Source of the DNA: Clostridia bacterium
GTDB lineage: Bacteria; Bacillota; Clostridia; Christensenellales; UBA3700
Assembly (NCBI GenBank): GCA_029068165.1
Contig: JAIEDA010000009.1
Coordinates: 521 to 64,520, forward strand
Reading direction: 5' to 3'
DNA length: 64,000 nucleotides
The position numbers were made by a program, and so were the translations under genes. Positions 18,234 to 27,680 of this stretch are shown in pieces (positions within the stretch are counted from its first letter, which is position 1; each line of letters opens with the position of its first letter). The notes below the pieces were generated by a model that did no database searches, was not told the DNA's origin, and saw only the letters and a program-made list of their open reading frames with translations.

Positions 18234-21200
18234 ATGGCTGCTAATAAAAAAGTTGACGTAAAGACTGCCAAGCAAGGCAGCGCCAAAGCGAGCGCAAGCG
18301 TTCAAAATAAAGGTAAGGGCGCGGCTCCCGCTAAGACCGTCGCTCCCGCTAAAGCGAGCGGCGCAAAGAAGAGTAGCGAAGATACGAAAAAGACCCAAAA
18401 TTCTAATAAGGGCGGCGCGGCTAAACCTGCCGCAAAGGCTACCGCTCAAAAGACTGTTCCCGCCGGCAAGCAGCAGGCGGCTAAAAGTTCCGCGCAAAAA
18501 GTTTCTCAACAAAAGAGCGCGCCGCAAAAAGCGTCCGTTCAAAAAGTTGCCGCGACGAAAACTGCGGCGCAAAAGACTGCCGCTTCTAAACCGGCAGCTC
18601 AAAAAACGACTGTTCAAAAGACGGCTGCGCAAAAGCCGACCGCTTCAAAAAGTCAACAAAATCAAGTTAAAGCCGCTCCGCAAAAGAGCGTTTCGGCAAA
18701 GAAACCCCAAGACAAACAGGTTGTCAAAGAAGAGGTAAAGGCTAAGAAGCCTGCGGCTAAGCAAAAACTTCCCGTTGAAGAACCTATTGAAGAGATTTTG
18801 CTTGAAGAAGAATTGCCCGTAAGCGAGGAAATCCAAGAGGAAGAAGTCGACGTCGAAGAAGATACGGTCGAAGAAGTCGATCAAGTCGATCAAGTCGAGG
18901 TTGACGAGCAAGACGAAGTAGACGAGAGCGTTGAAGAAGCCGTCGCCGAAGAGCAATCCGCCGAAGAAGCCGAAGCTAAGGCTGACGAGATTGAAAACGC
19001 CGTCGATGGTCAAGAGGAAAAGGCTTCCGACGAAAATAGCGGTAAGACTGAAGAAGAAAACAAAAACTCTGAAGAAGATAAGAAAAAAGCCGAAGAGGAT
19101 AAACAGCGTTCCAAAGAGGAAGAAAAAAAGGCTAAAGAGGAAGAGAAGAAGAGAAAGGCTGCCGAGAAGAAAGAAAAGGCTGATAAGAAGAAAGCCGATA
19201 AAGCGGCTGCCGCGGCAAATCCGCCCGAGCTTACTGAAAAGCAAAAGGCAAAGATACAAAAGAAGCTTGACGCCAAACTCAAAAAACAGGCGGAGAAAGA
19301 AGAAAGGTTAGCTATAAAGAAAAAGTTGAAAGTCTTGAAAGTTACGCCGTTCGTAAACGCCGAAGTTACGGCGGAAGAGGGGTTGAACGACGAGCAAATC
19401 GAAGAGCGTCAACTTAGAGGCTTGACCAACTACGTGGATAGCTCTATATCCAAGTCGTATCTCAAAATTTTTACAACCAACATATTTACGCTGTTCAACT
19501 TGCTCAACATATTCTTGGCTTGCTTGATTATTATTTTCAACGGTCAAATAAAGAATATGCTTTTTGCGGGTATTGCAACGATAAACTTGGTTATCGGTAT
19601 TATCCAAGAGATTCGTTCCAAAAAAGCGTTGGATAAACTCTCGCTCGTGTCCGCGCCGTCCATCGAAGCGGTGAGAAACGGGCAAGTAGTGGAAATATCT
19701 ACCGACCAAATAGTTATTGACGACGTTATTATACTCAAGCAGGGCAGCCAAGTTCCTACCGACTGCGTCGTAGTCGGCGGCGAATGCGAGGCAAACGAAT
19801 CCTTGCTCACGGGCGAACAAGACGATATACACAAAGGTTTAGGCGCCCAACTGATGTCAGGTAGCTTTATTCAATCGGGCAAGTGCAGGGCTAAGGTAAT
19901 CGCCGTCGGCGAGGATACTTACGCTTCCAAACTTATGAGCGAGGCTAAAAAGTTCAAAAAGTCCAAGTCCGAGCTTATGCGCTCTATCAACTGGATTATA
20001 AGAATTGCTACGATAATAATCTTCCCGTTGGGAATTTTGATGTTCGTCACCAATATGAAGCACGCGACTAGCATTTCGGGCGCGGTTACGAGTACGGTAT
20101 CTTCAGTTATAGGTATGATACCCGAGGGCTTGGTTATGCTTACGTCAATAGCGCTCGCTTTAGGTATCATAAGGCTTGCCAAAAAGCGTACGCTCGTACA
20201 GGATTTGTATTCGATAGAAGCTCTTGCGAGAGTAGACGTGCTGTGCCTTGACAAGACGGGTACGATTACAGAGGGATCGATGCAAGTCGAAAGCGTTCAC
20301 GTGTATTCGTCCAAGTTCGGTTCGCCCGACGATATTATGGCAAATATGGTTAAGGCGTTAGGCGCGAACAACGCTACTTTCGAGGCTTGCGCCGAATATT
20401 TTTCTTCAAACGAGGTCTACAAGGCGACCAAACTTATGCCGTTCTCGTCAGCAAGAAAGTGGAGCGGAGTAAGCTTTGAAAGCGCAGGTACGTTTATCGT
20501 AGGCGCGCCCGAGTTTGTTCTCAAAGAAAGATTTTCAATCGTTGAGCGCAACGTCAACGAATACGCAATGGAAGGCTATAGAGTGCTTGTTCTTGTAAGC
20601 ACTAAAGAAGAGCTTCAAGACGGAAGAATGGATCCCGCGAAAATGGAGCTCGTCGCGCTCATAGTCCTCAGCGACAAGATTAGAAGCACGGCGTCTACAA
20701 CGTTCGAGTATTTCGAGCAGCAAGGCGTTCAGCTCAAGGTAATCTCGGGCGATAATCCTTTGACGGTATCCAAAGTCGCCGAAAGAGCGGGACTGAAAAA
20801 CGCCGAAAAATACGTTGACGCTTCCGTTGACCTCGATACGCCCGACAAGATTTACGCAGCGGCTGAAAAATACACTGTATTTGGAAGAGTTTCGCCAAGT
20901 CAAAAGAAGGAACTCGTAGCCGCGCTCAAAGCTCACGGCCATACTGTAGGAATGACCGGCGACGGCGTAAACGACGTTATGGCGCTCAAGGAGGCCGACT
21001 GTTCGATTGCAATGGCAAGCGGTTCGGACGCGAGCAGGAACGTAGCTCAGCTCGTCTTGCTAGACAGCGACTTTTCAGCGTTGCCAAGCGTTGTTAGCGA
21101 GGGTAGAAGAGTTATAAACAACATAGAAAGAGCGTCGTCGCTGTTCTTGGTAAAGACCACGTTCAGCGCGGTACTGTCGCTGTTGCTGATAATATTCCAG

Positions 21201-21773
21201 TTCTCGACCTATCCGTTCGAGCCTATTCAGCTTACGCTTATAAACGCTTTGTTCGTCGGCGTGCCGTCGTTCATCTTGGCGCTTGAGCCAAACGATAGAA
21301 GAGTTAAGGGCAACTTCCTGAGCAAAGTCTTTAAACGAGCCTTGCCGTCGGGCTTAACTGTCGCCATAGCCATAATATTTATTTGCTGGATATACAACGA
21401 CATCGGTTTTGACGTATCGCCGCAAATATCCACGATGAGCGTTTATATCACGGCTTCGGTATCGTTTATAGTCCTCGTTCAGGTATGTATGCCGTATACC
21501 AAAGACAAAATCTTTATGTTGGGACTTTTGTTGGTCGCGTTTATATTCGTCGTATCCAATAAATTCCTCAGCGAGAAATTTTCGCTCGTTACGCTATATC
21601 CCGATATGATAGTCAAACTCGTTATCGTTATCGTTTGTATCGTGCCTATGATGGCGTTTATGCGAGTGGAAATCGAAGCGTTCAAGGCGTTGTTCAAAGA
21701 AACGAGCGGTTTTGTCAAGAGAGAAAAAGACAAAGCACGCGACTTCTTTAACCGCTTTGACAACAAGAAATAG
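18234..21773 (+). CDS. cation-transporting P-type (HAD superfamily) ATPase with ~380-aa low-complexity N-terminal extension
   Basis: Core motifs CLDKTGTITEG, MTGDGVNDVMALKEADCSIAM and about 10 TM segments. The only Met before residue ~455 is the first codon, and the frame is open throughout. AAGGA RBS 8 nt upstream. Confidence 0.88.
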   Translation: MAANKKVDVKTAKQGSAKASASVQNKGKGAAPAKTVAPAKASGAKKSSEDTKKTQNSNKGGAAKPAAKATAQKTVPAGKQQAAKSSAQKVSQQKSAPQKASVQKVAATKTAAQKTAASKPAAQKTTVQKTAAQKPTASKSQQNQVKAAPQKSVSAKKPQDKQVVKEEVKAKKPAAKQKLPVEEPIEEILLEEELPVSEEIQEEEVDVEEDTVEEVDQVDQVEVDEQDEVDESVEEAVAEEQSAEEAEAKADEIENAVDGQEEKASDENSGKTEEENKNSEEDKKKAEEDKQRSKEEEKKAKEEEKKRKAAEKKEKADKKKADKAAAAANPPELTEKQKAKIQKKLDAKLKKQAEKEERLAIKKKLKVLKVTPFVNAEVTAEEGLNDEQIEERQLRGLTNYVDSSISKSYLKIFTTNIFTLFNLLNIFLACLIIIFNGQIKNMLFAGIATINLVIGIIQEIRSKKALDKLSLVSAPSIEAVRNGQVVEISTDQIVIDDVIILKQGSQVPTDCVVVGGECEANESLLTGEQDDIHKGLGAQLMSGSFIQSGKCRAKVIAVGEDTYASKLMSEAKKFKKSKSELMRSINWIIRIATIIIFPLGILMFVTNMKHATSISGAVTSTVSSVIGMIPEGLVMLTSIALALGIIRLAKKRTLVQDLYSIEALARVDVLCLDKTGTITEGSMQVESVHVYSSKFGSPDDIMANMVKALGANNATFEACAEYFSSNEVYKATKLMPFSSARKWSGVSFESAGTFIVGAPEFVLKERFSIVERNVNEYAMEGYRVLVLVSTKEELQDGRMDPAKMELVALIVLSDKIRSTASTTFEYFEQQGVQLKVISGDNPLTVSKVAERAGLKNAEKYVDASVDLDTPDKIYAAAEKYTVFGRVSPSQKKELVAALKAHGHTVGMTGDGVNDVMALKEADCSIAMASGSDASRNVAQLVLLDSDFSALPSVVSEGRRVINNIERASSLFLVKTTFSAVLSLLLIIFQFSTYPFEPIQLTLINALFVGVPSFILALEPNDRRVKGNFLSKVFKRALPSGLTVAIAIIFICWIYNDIGFDVSPQISTMSVYITASVSFIVLVQVCMPYTKDKIFMLGLLLVAFIFVVSNKFLSEKFSLVTLYPDMIVKLVIVIVCIVPMMAFMRVEIEAFKALFKETSGFVKREKDKARDFFNRFDNKK
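18290..19290 (+). repeat. low-complexity coding region (basic AAQKT-type repeats, then acidic E/D/V block, then K/E block)
   Basis: Translation: ...KTAAQKTAASKPAAQKTTVQKTAAQKPTASK..., ...EEEVDVEEDTVEEVDQVDQVEVDEQDEVDE..., ...EEKKAKEEEKKRKAAEKKEKADKKKADK... Confidence 0.7.
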
Positions 21774-21824
21774 CAAGTAAAAATTTGCAAATTAATAGCA
21801 ACTTATAAAGGAGAAAACTTCCAA

Positions 21825-23360
21825 ATGACAAACGAAAAAGTGTTGGTAATCGATTTCGGCGGTCAATACAATCAGCTTATCGCCAGGCGCGTAAGAGAGC
21901 TCAACGTATACTGCGAAATGTATCCCCATACGATAAGTCTTGAAAAAATCAAAAGTCACAACCCTATCGGTATTATCTTTACCGGCGGACCTAGCACGGT
22001 GTGCGACAAAGACGCGCCGCGTATTGACGCAGGTATTTTTGAGTTGGGCGTTCCCATACTCGGTATTTGCTACGGCGCTCAGCTCATCGCCGATACTCTT
22101 GGAGGAAAGGTAGAGAAGGCCAATACGCGAGAGTACGGCAAAAAGGAAGCGACCTACGATACGAACAGCTTGCTTTTCAAGGGACTGAAAAAGACAAATT
22201 CGTGTTGGATGAGCCATACCTATCAAGTGACCGAATTGCCCAAAGGCTTCAAGTCTATCGCCAATACCGACACTTGCAAAGTCGCAGCTTACGAAAATGC
22301 CGAAAAGGGCATCTACGGTATGCAGTATCACCCCGAAGTTCAGCACACAAGTCAAGGCTTGGATATGCTCAAGAACTTCCTCTACAACGTCGTTAAAGCA
22401 AAGGGCGATTGGACAATGTCCAACTTCGCGACCAAGTCTATAGCCGAACTTAAAGCGAAGATAGGCGATAAGAAAGTACTGTGCGCGTTCAGCGGCGGCG
22501 TTGATTCCGCCGTTGCCGCAACGCTGATCCATAAAGCGGTAGGCGAACAGCTTACCTGTATCTTCGTAGACCACGGTCTTTTGAGAAAGAACGAAGCGCA
22601 AGAAGTTATGAAAGTCTTTAAAGAAGATATGGGTATGAACGTAATACTTGCCGACGCTTCCGAAAGATTTCTCAAGAAATTGGAGGGAGTGACCGACCCC
22701 GAGAAGAAGAGAAAGATAATCGGTAAAGAATTTATCGACGTATTCGAGGTGGAAGCCGATAAGATAGGCGCGGTAGATTATCTCGTTCAGGGTACGATTT
22801 ATCCCGACGTCATTGAATCGGGTCTTGGAAGCAGCGCGGTAATCAAGTCGCACCACAACGTAGGCGGACTTCCGAGCGTAGTCAATTTCAAAGAAATTGT
22901 CGAACCTCTTAGAGATTTGTTCAAAGACGAAGTTAGAAAAGTAGGTTTTGAGCTAGGACTACCGCACGACGTGGTTATGCGCCAACCGTTCCCGGGTCCG
23001 GGTCTTGCAATTAGAATAATCGGAGATATCACCAAGGACAAACTCGAAATTTTGAGAGAAGCCGATTATATATTTAGAGATGAAATCGCGCTCAACGGAT
23101 TGTCGGAAGAGATTTGGCAGTATTTTGCCGTACTTTCAAATATGCGTAGCGTAGGCGTTATGGGCGACTGCCGTACTTACGATTATACGTTGGTGCTAAG
23201 AGCGGTGACTTCCGTAGACGCTATGACTGCCGACTGGGCAAGAATACCGTACGAAGTGCTTGAGAAAATCTCCACGAGAATAGTCAACGAAGTTGCTCAT
23301 ATAAACAGGGTGGTTTACGATATCACTTCCAAGCCGCCTGCAACTATAGAGTGGGAATAA
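21825..23360 (+). CDS. guaA: GMP synthase (glutamine-hydrolysing)
   Basis: [35 protein letters not shown] and a C-terminal TIEWE. Confidence 0.95.
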   Translation: MTNEKVLVIDFGGQYNQLIARRVRELNVYCEMYPHTISLEKIKSHNPIGIIFTGGPSTVCDKDAPRIDAGIFELGVPILGICYGAQLIADTLGGKVEKANTREYGKKEATYDTNSLLFKGLKKTNSCWMSHTYQVTELPKGFKSIANTDTCKVAAYENAEKGIYGMQYHPEVQHTSQGLDMLKNFLYNVVKAKGDWTMSNFATKSIAELKAKIGDKKVLCAFSGGVDSAVAATLIHKAVGEQLTCIFVDHGLLRKNEAQEVMKVFKEDMGMNVILADASERFLKKLEGVTDPEKKRKIIGKEFIDVFEVEADKIGAVDYLVQGTIYPDVIESGLGSSAVIKSHHNVGGLPSVVNFKEIVEPLRDLFKDEVRKVGFELGLPHDVVMRQPFPGPGLAIRIIGDITKDKLEILREADYIFRDEIALNGLSEEIWQYFAVLSNMRSVGVMGDCRTYDYTLVLRAVTSVDAMTADWARIPYEVLEKISTRIVNEVAHINRVVYDITSKPPATIEWE

Positions 23361-23398
23361 AATTTATTGTAAATATAAAACGTTATTAAGTAATTTAG

Positions 23399-23431
23399 AA
23401 AGACCTTTACTATTAAGTGGAGGTCTTTTTT
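23399..23431 (+). terminator. rho-independent terminator after guaA
   Basis: aaagacct-(14 nt)-aggtcttt followed by a T-run. Confidence 0.65.
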
Positions 23432-23620
23432 AAATATAATCTTTTTGCAAAAGGAATTTTCATCGGCGAGAATGATTAGAGCAAAAGTCGATTGATAATA
23501 GTTGCTAATATTATAATATATATGTTATAATATGCGATAGAAGGTCGCGTCTTATAAAAGCGTTTGCGCGGCTGAAAAATTGACAAAGTTTATCCGCTGA
23601 AAGCGGCAAAGGAGTATAAA

Positions 23621-24910
23621 ATGTTAACAGCTATTGTAGGAATCAACTGGGGCGACGAGGGCAAAGGAAGAATGGTTGACCTCGTGTCGAGCGATTACGA
23701 TATCGTCGTAAGATATCAAGGCGGCAACAACGCAGGTCATACCGTAATCAATCACCTCGGCAAGTTTATTCTCAATCTCATCCCGTCGGGCATTTTGCGT
23801 CCCGAGGTAGTCAACGTAATGGGCAACGGTATGGTTATTGATATGCAACATCTTGTTGGCGAAATGGGCAGGCTTACTGAGAAGGGAGTTAAGATAACTC
23901 CTGAAAATCTCAAGATCAGTTCGAGAGCCGTTATATGTATGCCTTACCACGTAAGACAGGACTGCTTGGAAGAGGATAGACTCGGCGACGCTAAGTACGG
24001 TTCGACAAGAAGAGGTATAGCTCCCGTTTACGGCGATAAGTACCTCAAGAAAATAATAATGATGGGCGACTTGTTCCATCCCGAGGCTTTGAGAAAGCGA
24101 ATTGAGGGTATAGTCGAGTGGAAAAACTTGTTTATCGAAAAGGCTTACGGCTCTAATAAGATTGAAGTCGACGAGATTATGAACTGGCTAGAAGAGTACG
24201 GCAACAAGCTCAAGCCGTTCGTATGCAATACGGGCGAGTTTTTGGACGAGAGTTTGAAAGCGGGCAAAAAGGTTGTATTCGAAGCTCAGCTCGGCGCGCT
24301 TAGAGATATAGACTTCGGTATCAATCCGTATACGTCTTCGTCCAACACTATAGCCGCTTACGCTCCTATCGGCGCGGGTATTCCTAAGTATCGTTTGGAC
24401 AACGTATTCGGTATTATGAAAGCGTACAGCTCTTGCGTCGGCGAAGGACCGTTCACTGTAGAAATGTTCGGCAAAGAAGCCGAGGAACTTCGTCAAGCGG
24501 GCGGAGAGTACGGAGCGGCAACGGGTAGACCGCGAAGAGTGGGCGCATTCGACGTAGTTGCTTCCAAGTACGGCGTAGAAATGCAGGGCGCGACCGAACT
24601 TGCGTTGACCAAACTCGACGTGCTTTCCTATATGAAGAAAATTCCCGTATGTACGGCATACAAGGTCGGCGACAAACTCACTACGAGTTTCCCAAGCGGA
24701 GAAGAGCTTAGAATAGCAACTCCCGTATTCGAGTATTTAGACGGTTGGAACTGCGATATTTCCTCCTGCCGCAAACCCGAAGATTTGCCGAAAGCGGCGC
24801 TTAAGTATATCGAGTTTATCGAAAAGAGCGTCGGATGTCCTATCACGTACGTGTCGGTCGGCGCTGAACGCGAAGAGTACGTCGTTTTGAGAGAAAGCAA
24901 AATCAAGTAA
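23621..24910 (+). CDS. purA: adenylosuccinate synthetase
   Basis: VGINWGDEGKGRMVD and YQGGNNAGHT motifs. 429 aa. Confidence 0.95.
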   Translation: MLTAIVGINWGDEGKGRMVDLVSSDYDIVVRYQGGNNAGHTVINHLGKFILNLIPSGILRPEVVNVMGNGMVIDMQHLVGEMGRLTEKGVKITPENLKISSRAVICMPYHVRQDCLEEDRLGDAKYGSTRRGIAPVYGDKYLKKIIMMGDLFHPEALRKRIEGIVEWKNLFIEKAYGSNKIEVDEIMNWLEEYGNKLKPFVCNTGEFLDESLKAGKKVVFEAQLGALRDIDFGINPYTSSSNTIAAYAPIGAGIPKYRLDNVFGIMKAYSSCVGEGPFTVEMFGKEAEELRQAGGEYGAATGRPRRVGAFDVVASKYGVEMQGATELALTKLDVLSYMKKIPVCTAYKVGDKLTTSFPSGEELRIATPVFEYLDGWNCDISSCRKPEDLPKAALKYIEFIEKSVGCPITYVSVGAEREEYVVLRESKIK

Positions 24911-24950
24911 TCGATAATAAACTGATAAATAAAAATATAAGGATAATAAT

Positions 24951-26129
24951 ATGAAAATCAATACAAACTTTCTAGATTTGAAAGACAGTTATTTGTTCTC
25001 AACGATAGCTAAAAAAATCAAGGCTTATCAAGAGGCGAATCCCGGGGTGGAAGTATACAGGCTGGGTATCGGCGACGTAACGTTGCCTTTAGCGCCGGCA
25101 GTCGTTAAGGCTATGCATAATGCCGTTGACGAAATGGGTCAAAAAGGTTCTTTTAGAGGTTACGGACCCGAGCAAGGCTACGACTTTTTGAGGGAAGAGA
25201 TTGCAAAGTATTACTCGTCGAAGAAAGTAAGCCTTGACAAAGATGAAATCTTTATAAGCGACGGCGCGAAGAGCGATTTGGGAAATATTCTCGACGTTCT
25301 CGATCCGAAGAATAAAGTTTTGATACCCGACCCCGTTTATCCGGCGTACGTCGATACCAACGTAATGGCAGGTAGAAAGATAGACACGGCTGAGGGAAAT
25401 CAAGCCAACTCCTTTAAGCCTATGCCCAACGAAAAGTACAAGGCGGACATTATCTACCTTTGCTCGCCAAACAATCCTACGGGCGCCGTTTATACTCATA
25501 AGGAACTCAAAGCGTGGGTAGACTACGCCAACGCTAATAAAGCTTTGATTTTGTTCGACTCGGCGTACGAGGCGTTTGTAGGCGACTCGACTTTGCCGAG
25601 AAGCATTTTCGAAATCGAGGGAGCCAGAACTTGCGCTATAGAGTTTTGCTCTTTGTCCAAGACGGCGGGCTTTACGGGTACGAGATGCGGTTATACCGTA
25701 GTTCCGCAGGAATTGATATTTGACGGAACTAAACTCAATTCGCTTTGGAATAGAAGACAGTGCACTAAGTTCAACGGCGTGCCTTATATCGTACAAAAAG
25801 GCGCTCAAGCTGTTTTCTCCAAGGAAGGCTTTGCTCAAATTATGGAGAATATAGCTTACTACAAAGAGAACGCTCGCATTATTCACGAGGGATTGGAGAA
25901 GAAAGGTATTTGGCACATCGGCGGAGTCAACTCTCCGTATATTTGGCTAAAGTGTCCCGACGGTATGACTTCTTGGGAATACTTCGATCATTTGCTTACT
26001 AAAGCCAACGTTGTCGGCACTCCCGGCGCGGGCTTCGGCAAGATGGGCGAGGGATATTTTAGACTTACCGCTTTCGGCGATAGACAAAAGACGATAGAGG
26101 CGGTTGAGAGAATTATCAAATTCTCATAA
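24951..26129 (+). CDS. dapL: LL-diaminopimelate aminotransferase
   Basis: N-terminal INTNFLDLKDSYLFSTIAKKIKAYQEANPGVEVYRLGIGDVTLPL and SLSKTAGFTGTRCGY (PLP lysine) are typical of DapL. Confidence 0.85.
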   Translation: MKINTNFLDLKDSYLFSTIAKKIKAYQEANPGVEVYRLGIGDVTLPLAPAVVKAMHNAVDEMGQKGSFRGYGPEQGYDFLREEIAKYYSSKKVSLDKDEIFISDGAKSDLGNILDVLDPKNKVLIPDPVYPAYVDTNVMAGRKIDTAEGNQANSFKPMPNEKYKADIIYLCSPNNPTGAVYTHKELKAWVDYANANKALILFDSAYEAFVGDSTLPRSIFEIEGARTCAIEFCSLSKTAGFTGTRCGYTVVPQELIFDGTKLNSLWNRRQCTKFNGVPYIVQKGAQAVFSKEGFAQIMENIAYYKENARIIHEGLEKKGIWHIGGVNSPYIWLKCPDGMTSWEYFDHLLTKANVVGTPGAGFGKMGEGYFRLTAFGDRQKTIEAVERIIKFS

Positions 26130-26203
26130 ATTAAAAATGCGTATTTTATCGCCTGCTTGTCTAAAAGCGGCAAGCGGGCGAAATTCTACACGGTATAAGA
26201 TAA

Positions 26204-26845
26204 ATGGCAAAGAAGTTTGACGAAGAGCAAATAAGCGAGATACTCAAAAGACTTGAGGTTATGCATCCCAACGCAGTGTGCGAACTCAATTACAGCACGC
26301 CTTTCGAGTTGCTCGTTGCGGTTATACTTTCGGCGCAGTGCACGGACAAGAGGGTTAATCAAGTCACCGAAAAACTTTTCAAAGTCTACAACACTCCCTT
26401 GCAGTTTGCCGAGCTTGACGAAGATGAGCTGATAAAGTATATCTTTACTTGCGGTTTTTATCGAAACAAAGCCAAGAATATTATATCGGCAAGTAGGGAT
26501 ATAGCGAGCAAGTACGGCGGCGAAGTGCCTAAGGATATAGAAAGTCTTATGACTTTGGCGGGCGTGGGCAAAAAGACTGCCAACGTAGTATATTCGGTAG
26601 CGTTTGGCGGACAGGCTATTGCGGTAGACACGCACGTGCTAAGACTAAGCAATAGGATAGGTTTTTGCGACGGCAACGACCCGCTCAAAGTTGAAGAAGG
26701 ACTTATGAGAATTCTTCCCAAAGAAACTTGGTCGCACGCTCATCACTTGTTAATACATCACGGAAGGTATACTTGCTCGGCTAGAAATCCGCAATGCGCG
26801 GATTGCCTAATCAGCGAGTTTTGCTTATTTTACAACGGTAAATAG
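26204..26845 (+). CDS. nth: endonuclease III
   Basis: HhH-GPD (LAGVGKKTANVV), DTHV, and a C-terminal CX6CX2CX5C cluster (CSARNPQCADCLISEFC). Confidence 0.92.
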   Translation: MAKKFDEEQISEILKRLEVMHPNAVCELNYSTPFELLVAVILSAQCTDKRVNQVTEKLFKVYNTPLQFAELDEDELIKYIFTCGFYRNKAKNIISASRDIASKYGGEVPKDIESLMTLAGVGKKTANVVYSVAFGGQAIAVDTHVLRLSNRIGFCDGNDPLKVEEGLMRILPKETWSHAHHLLIHHGRYTCSARNPQCADCLISEFCLFYNGK

Positions 26846-26861
26846 TTTTAGGAGATAAAAA

Positions 26862-27677
26862 ATGAACGAGCTTTTGAAAATAATAGACGTAGCTCCAAAA
26901 GTAAAGAAGTACGTCGTTCATACGCCCACGGTAGCAAAGCATTGCTTGCCAGGGCAGTTCGTAATCGTAATCGTAAACGAGGGCGGCGAGAGAGTGCCTT
27001 TTACTATATGCGACTACGATAGAGAAGCGGAAACGATTACGCTTCTAGTTCAAGAAGTGGGATATTCCACTCATAAGATGGCTACGCTCAAAGAGGGCGA
27101 TAGTTTGCACGCTTTGGTAGGTCCGCTCGGCAATCCTACCGACTTGGACGAATATGAGAATTTAGTCTTGGTCGGCGGCGGTATAGGTTGCGCGGTCATC
27201 TATCCGCAAGCAAAACTTCGCAAGCAAAAAGGTTTGAAAAGCGACGTTATTATGGGCGCAAGGACGAAAGACTTGCTCTTTGATATAGAAGAGTTCAAGG
27301 CCAATAGCGAACACGTGTATATATCCACCGACGACGGTTCGCTCGGAACGAAAGGTTTTGTCACCACCGTTCTTCAAGAGAGAATAGACGCGGGCGATAA
27401 AATTGATTGCGTGCTTGTAGTAGGTCCTATGATAATGATGAAAAACGTCAGCGAACTTACGCGCAAGTATAATATACCTACGATAGTGTCAATGAATACG
27501 ATAATGGTTGACGGCACGGGAATGTGCGGCGGATGTAGGCTCACGGTAGGCGGTGAAACCAAATACGCTTGCGTAGACGGTCCTGAATTTGACGGACATC
27601 TTGTCAACTTTGACGAGGCTATGGCAAGAAGTAGGTTCTATCGCGACCACGAGCAAAAATGTAATTTGAGGGATTAA
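26862..27677 (+). CDS. nfnA: FAD/NAD-binding, 2Fe-2S subunit of NfnAB-type ferredoxin:NADP oxidoreductase (sulfide/dihydroorotate dehydrogenase-like)
   Basis: PFTICDYD and VGGGIGCA motifs, a C-terminal DGTGMCGGCR cluster, and pairing with the GltD-like subunit downstream. Confidence 0.7.
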   Translation: MNELLKIIDVAPKVKKYVVHTPTVAKHCLPGQFVIVIVNEGGERVPFTICDYDREAETITLLVQEVGYSTHKMATLKEGDSLHALVGPLGNPTDLDEYENLVLVGGGIGCAVIYPQAKLRKQKGLKSDVIMGARTKDLLFDIEEFKANSEHVYISTDDGSLGTKGFVTTVLQERIDAGDKIDCVLVVGPMIMMKNVSELTRKYNIPTIVSMNTIMVDGTGMCGGCRLTVGGETKYACVDGPEFDGHLVNFDEAMARSRFYRDHEQKCNLRD

Positions 27678-27680
27678 GCT

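Noticed and set aside
18195-19311. Antisense and alternative-frame ORFs across the ATPase N-terminal region (18195..18632, 18547..18738, 18645..19259, 18931..19311, 19010..19282).
   Set aside because: These are low-complexity mirror images of the K/A/E-rich coding repeat. Only the + frame starting at 18234 continues into the conserved ATPase core.
21792-22856. 354-aa minus-strand ORF antisense to guaA. Similar long antisense ORFs: 48064..49104 (346 aa, antisense to purD/purL), 52219..53187 (322 aa, antisense to ygiQ), 25089..25916 (275 aa, antisense to dapL) and 40480..41199 (antisense to icd).
   Set aside because: Each lies fully inside a confidently identified housekeeping gene on the other strand. 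The translations are low-complexity or R/F/V-rich with no recognisable motifs and no RBS. These are typical shadow ORFs.
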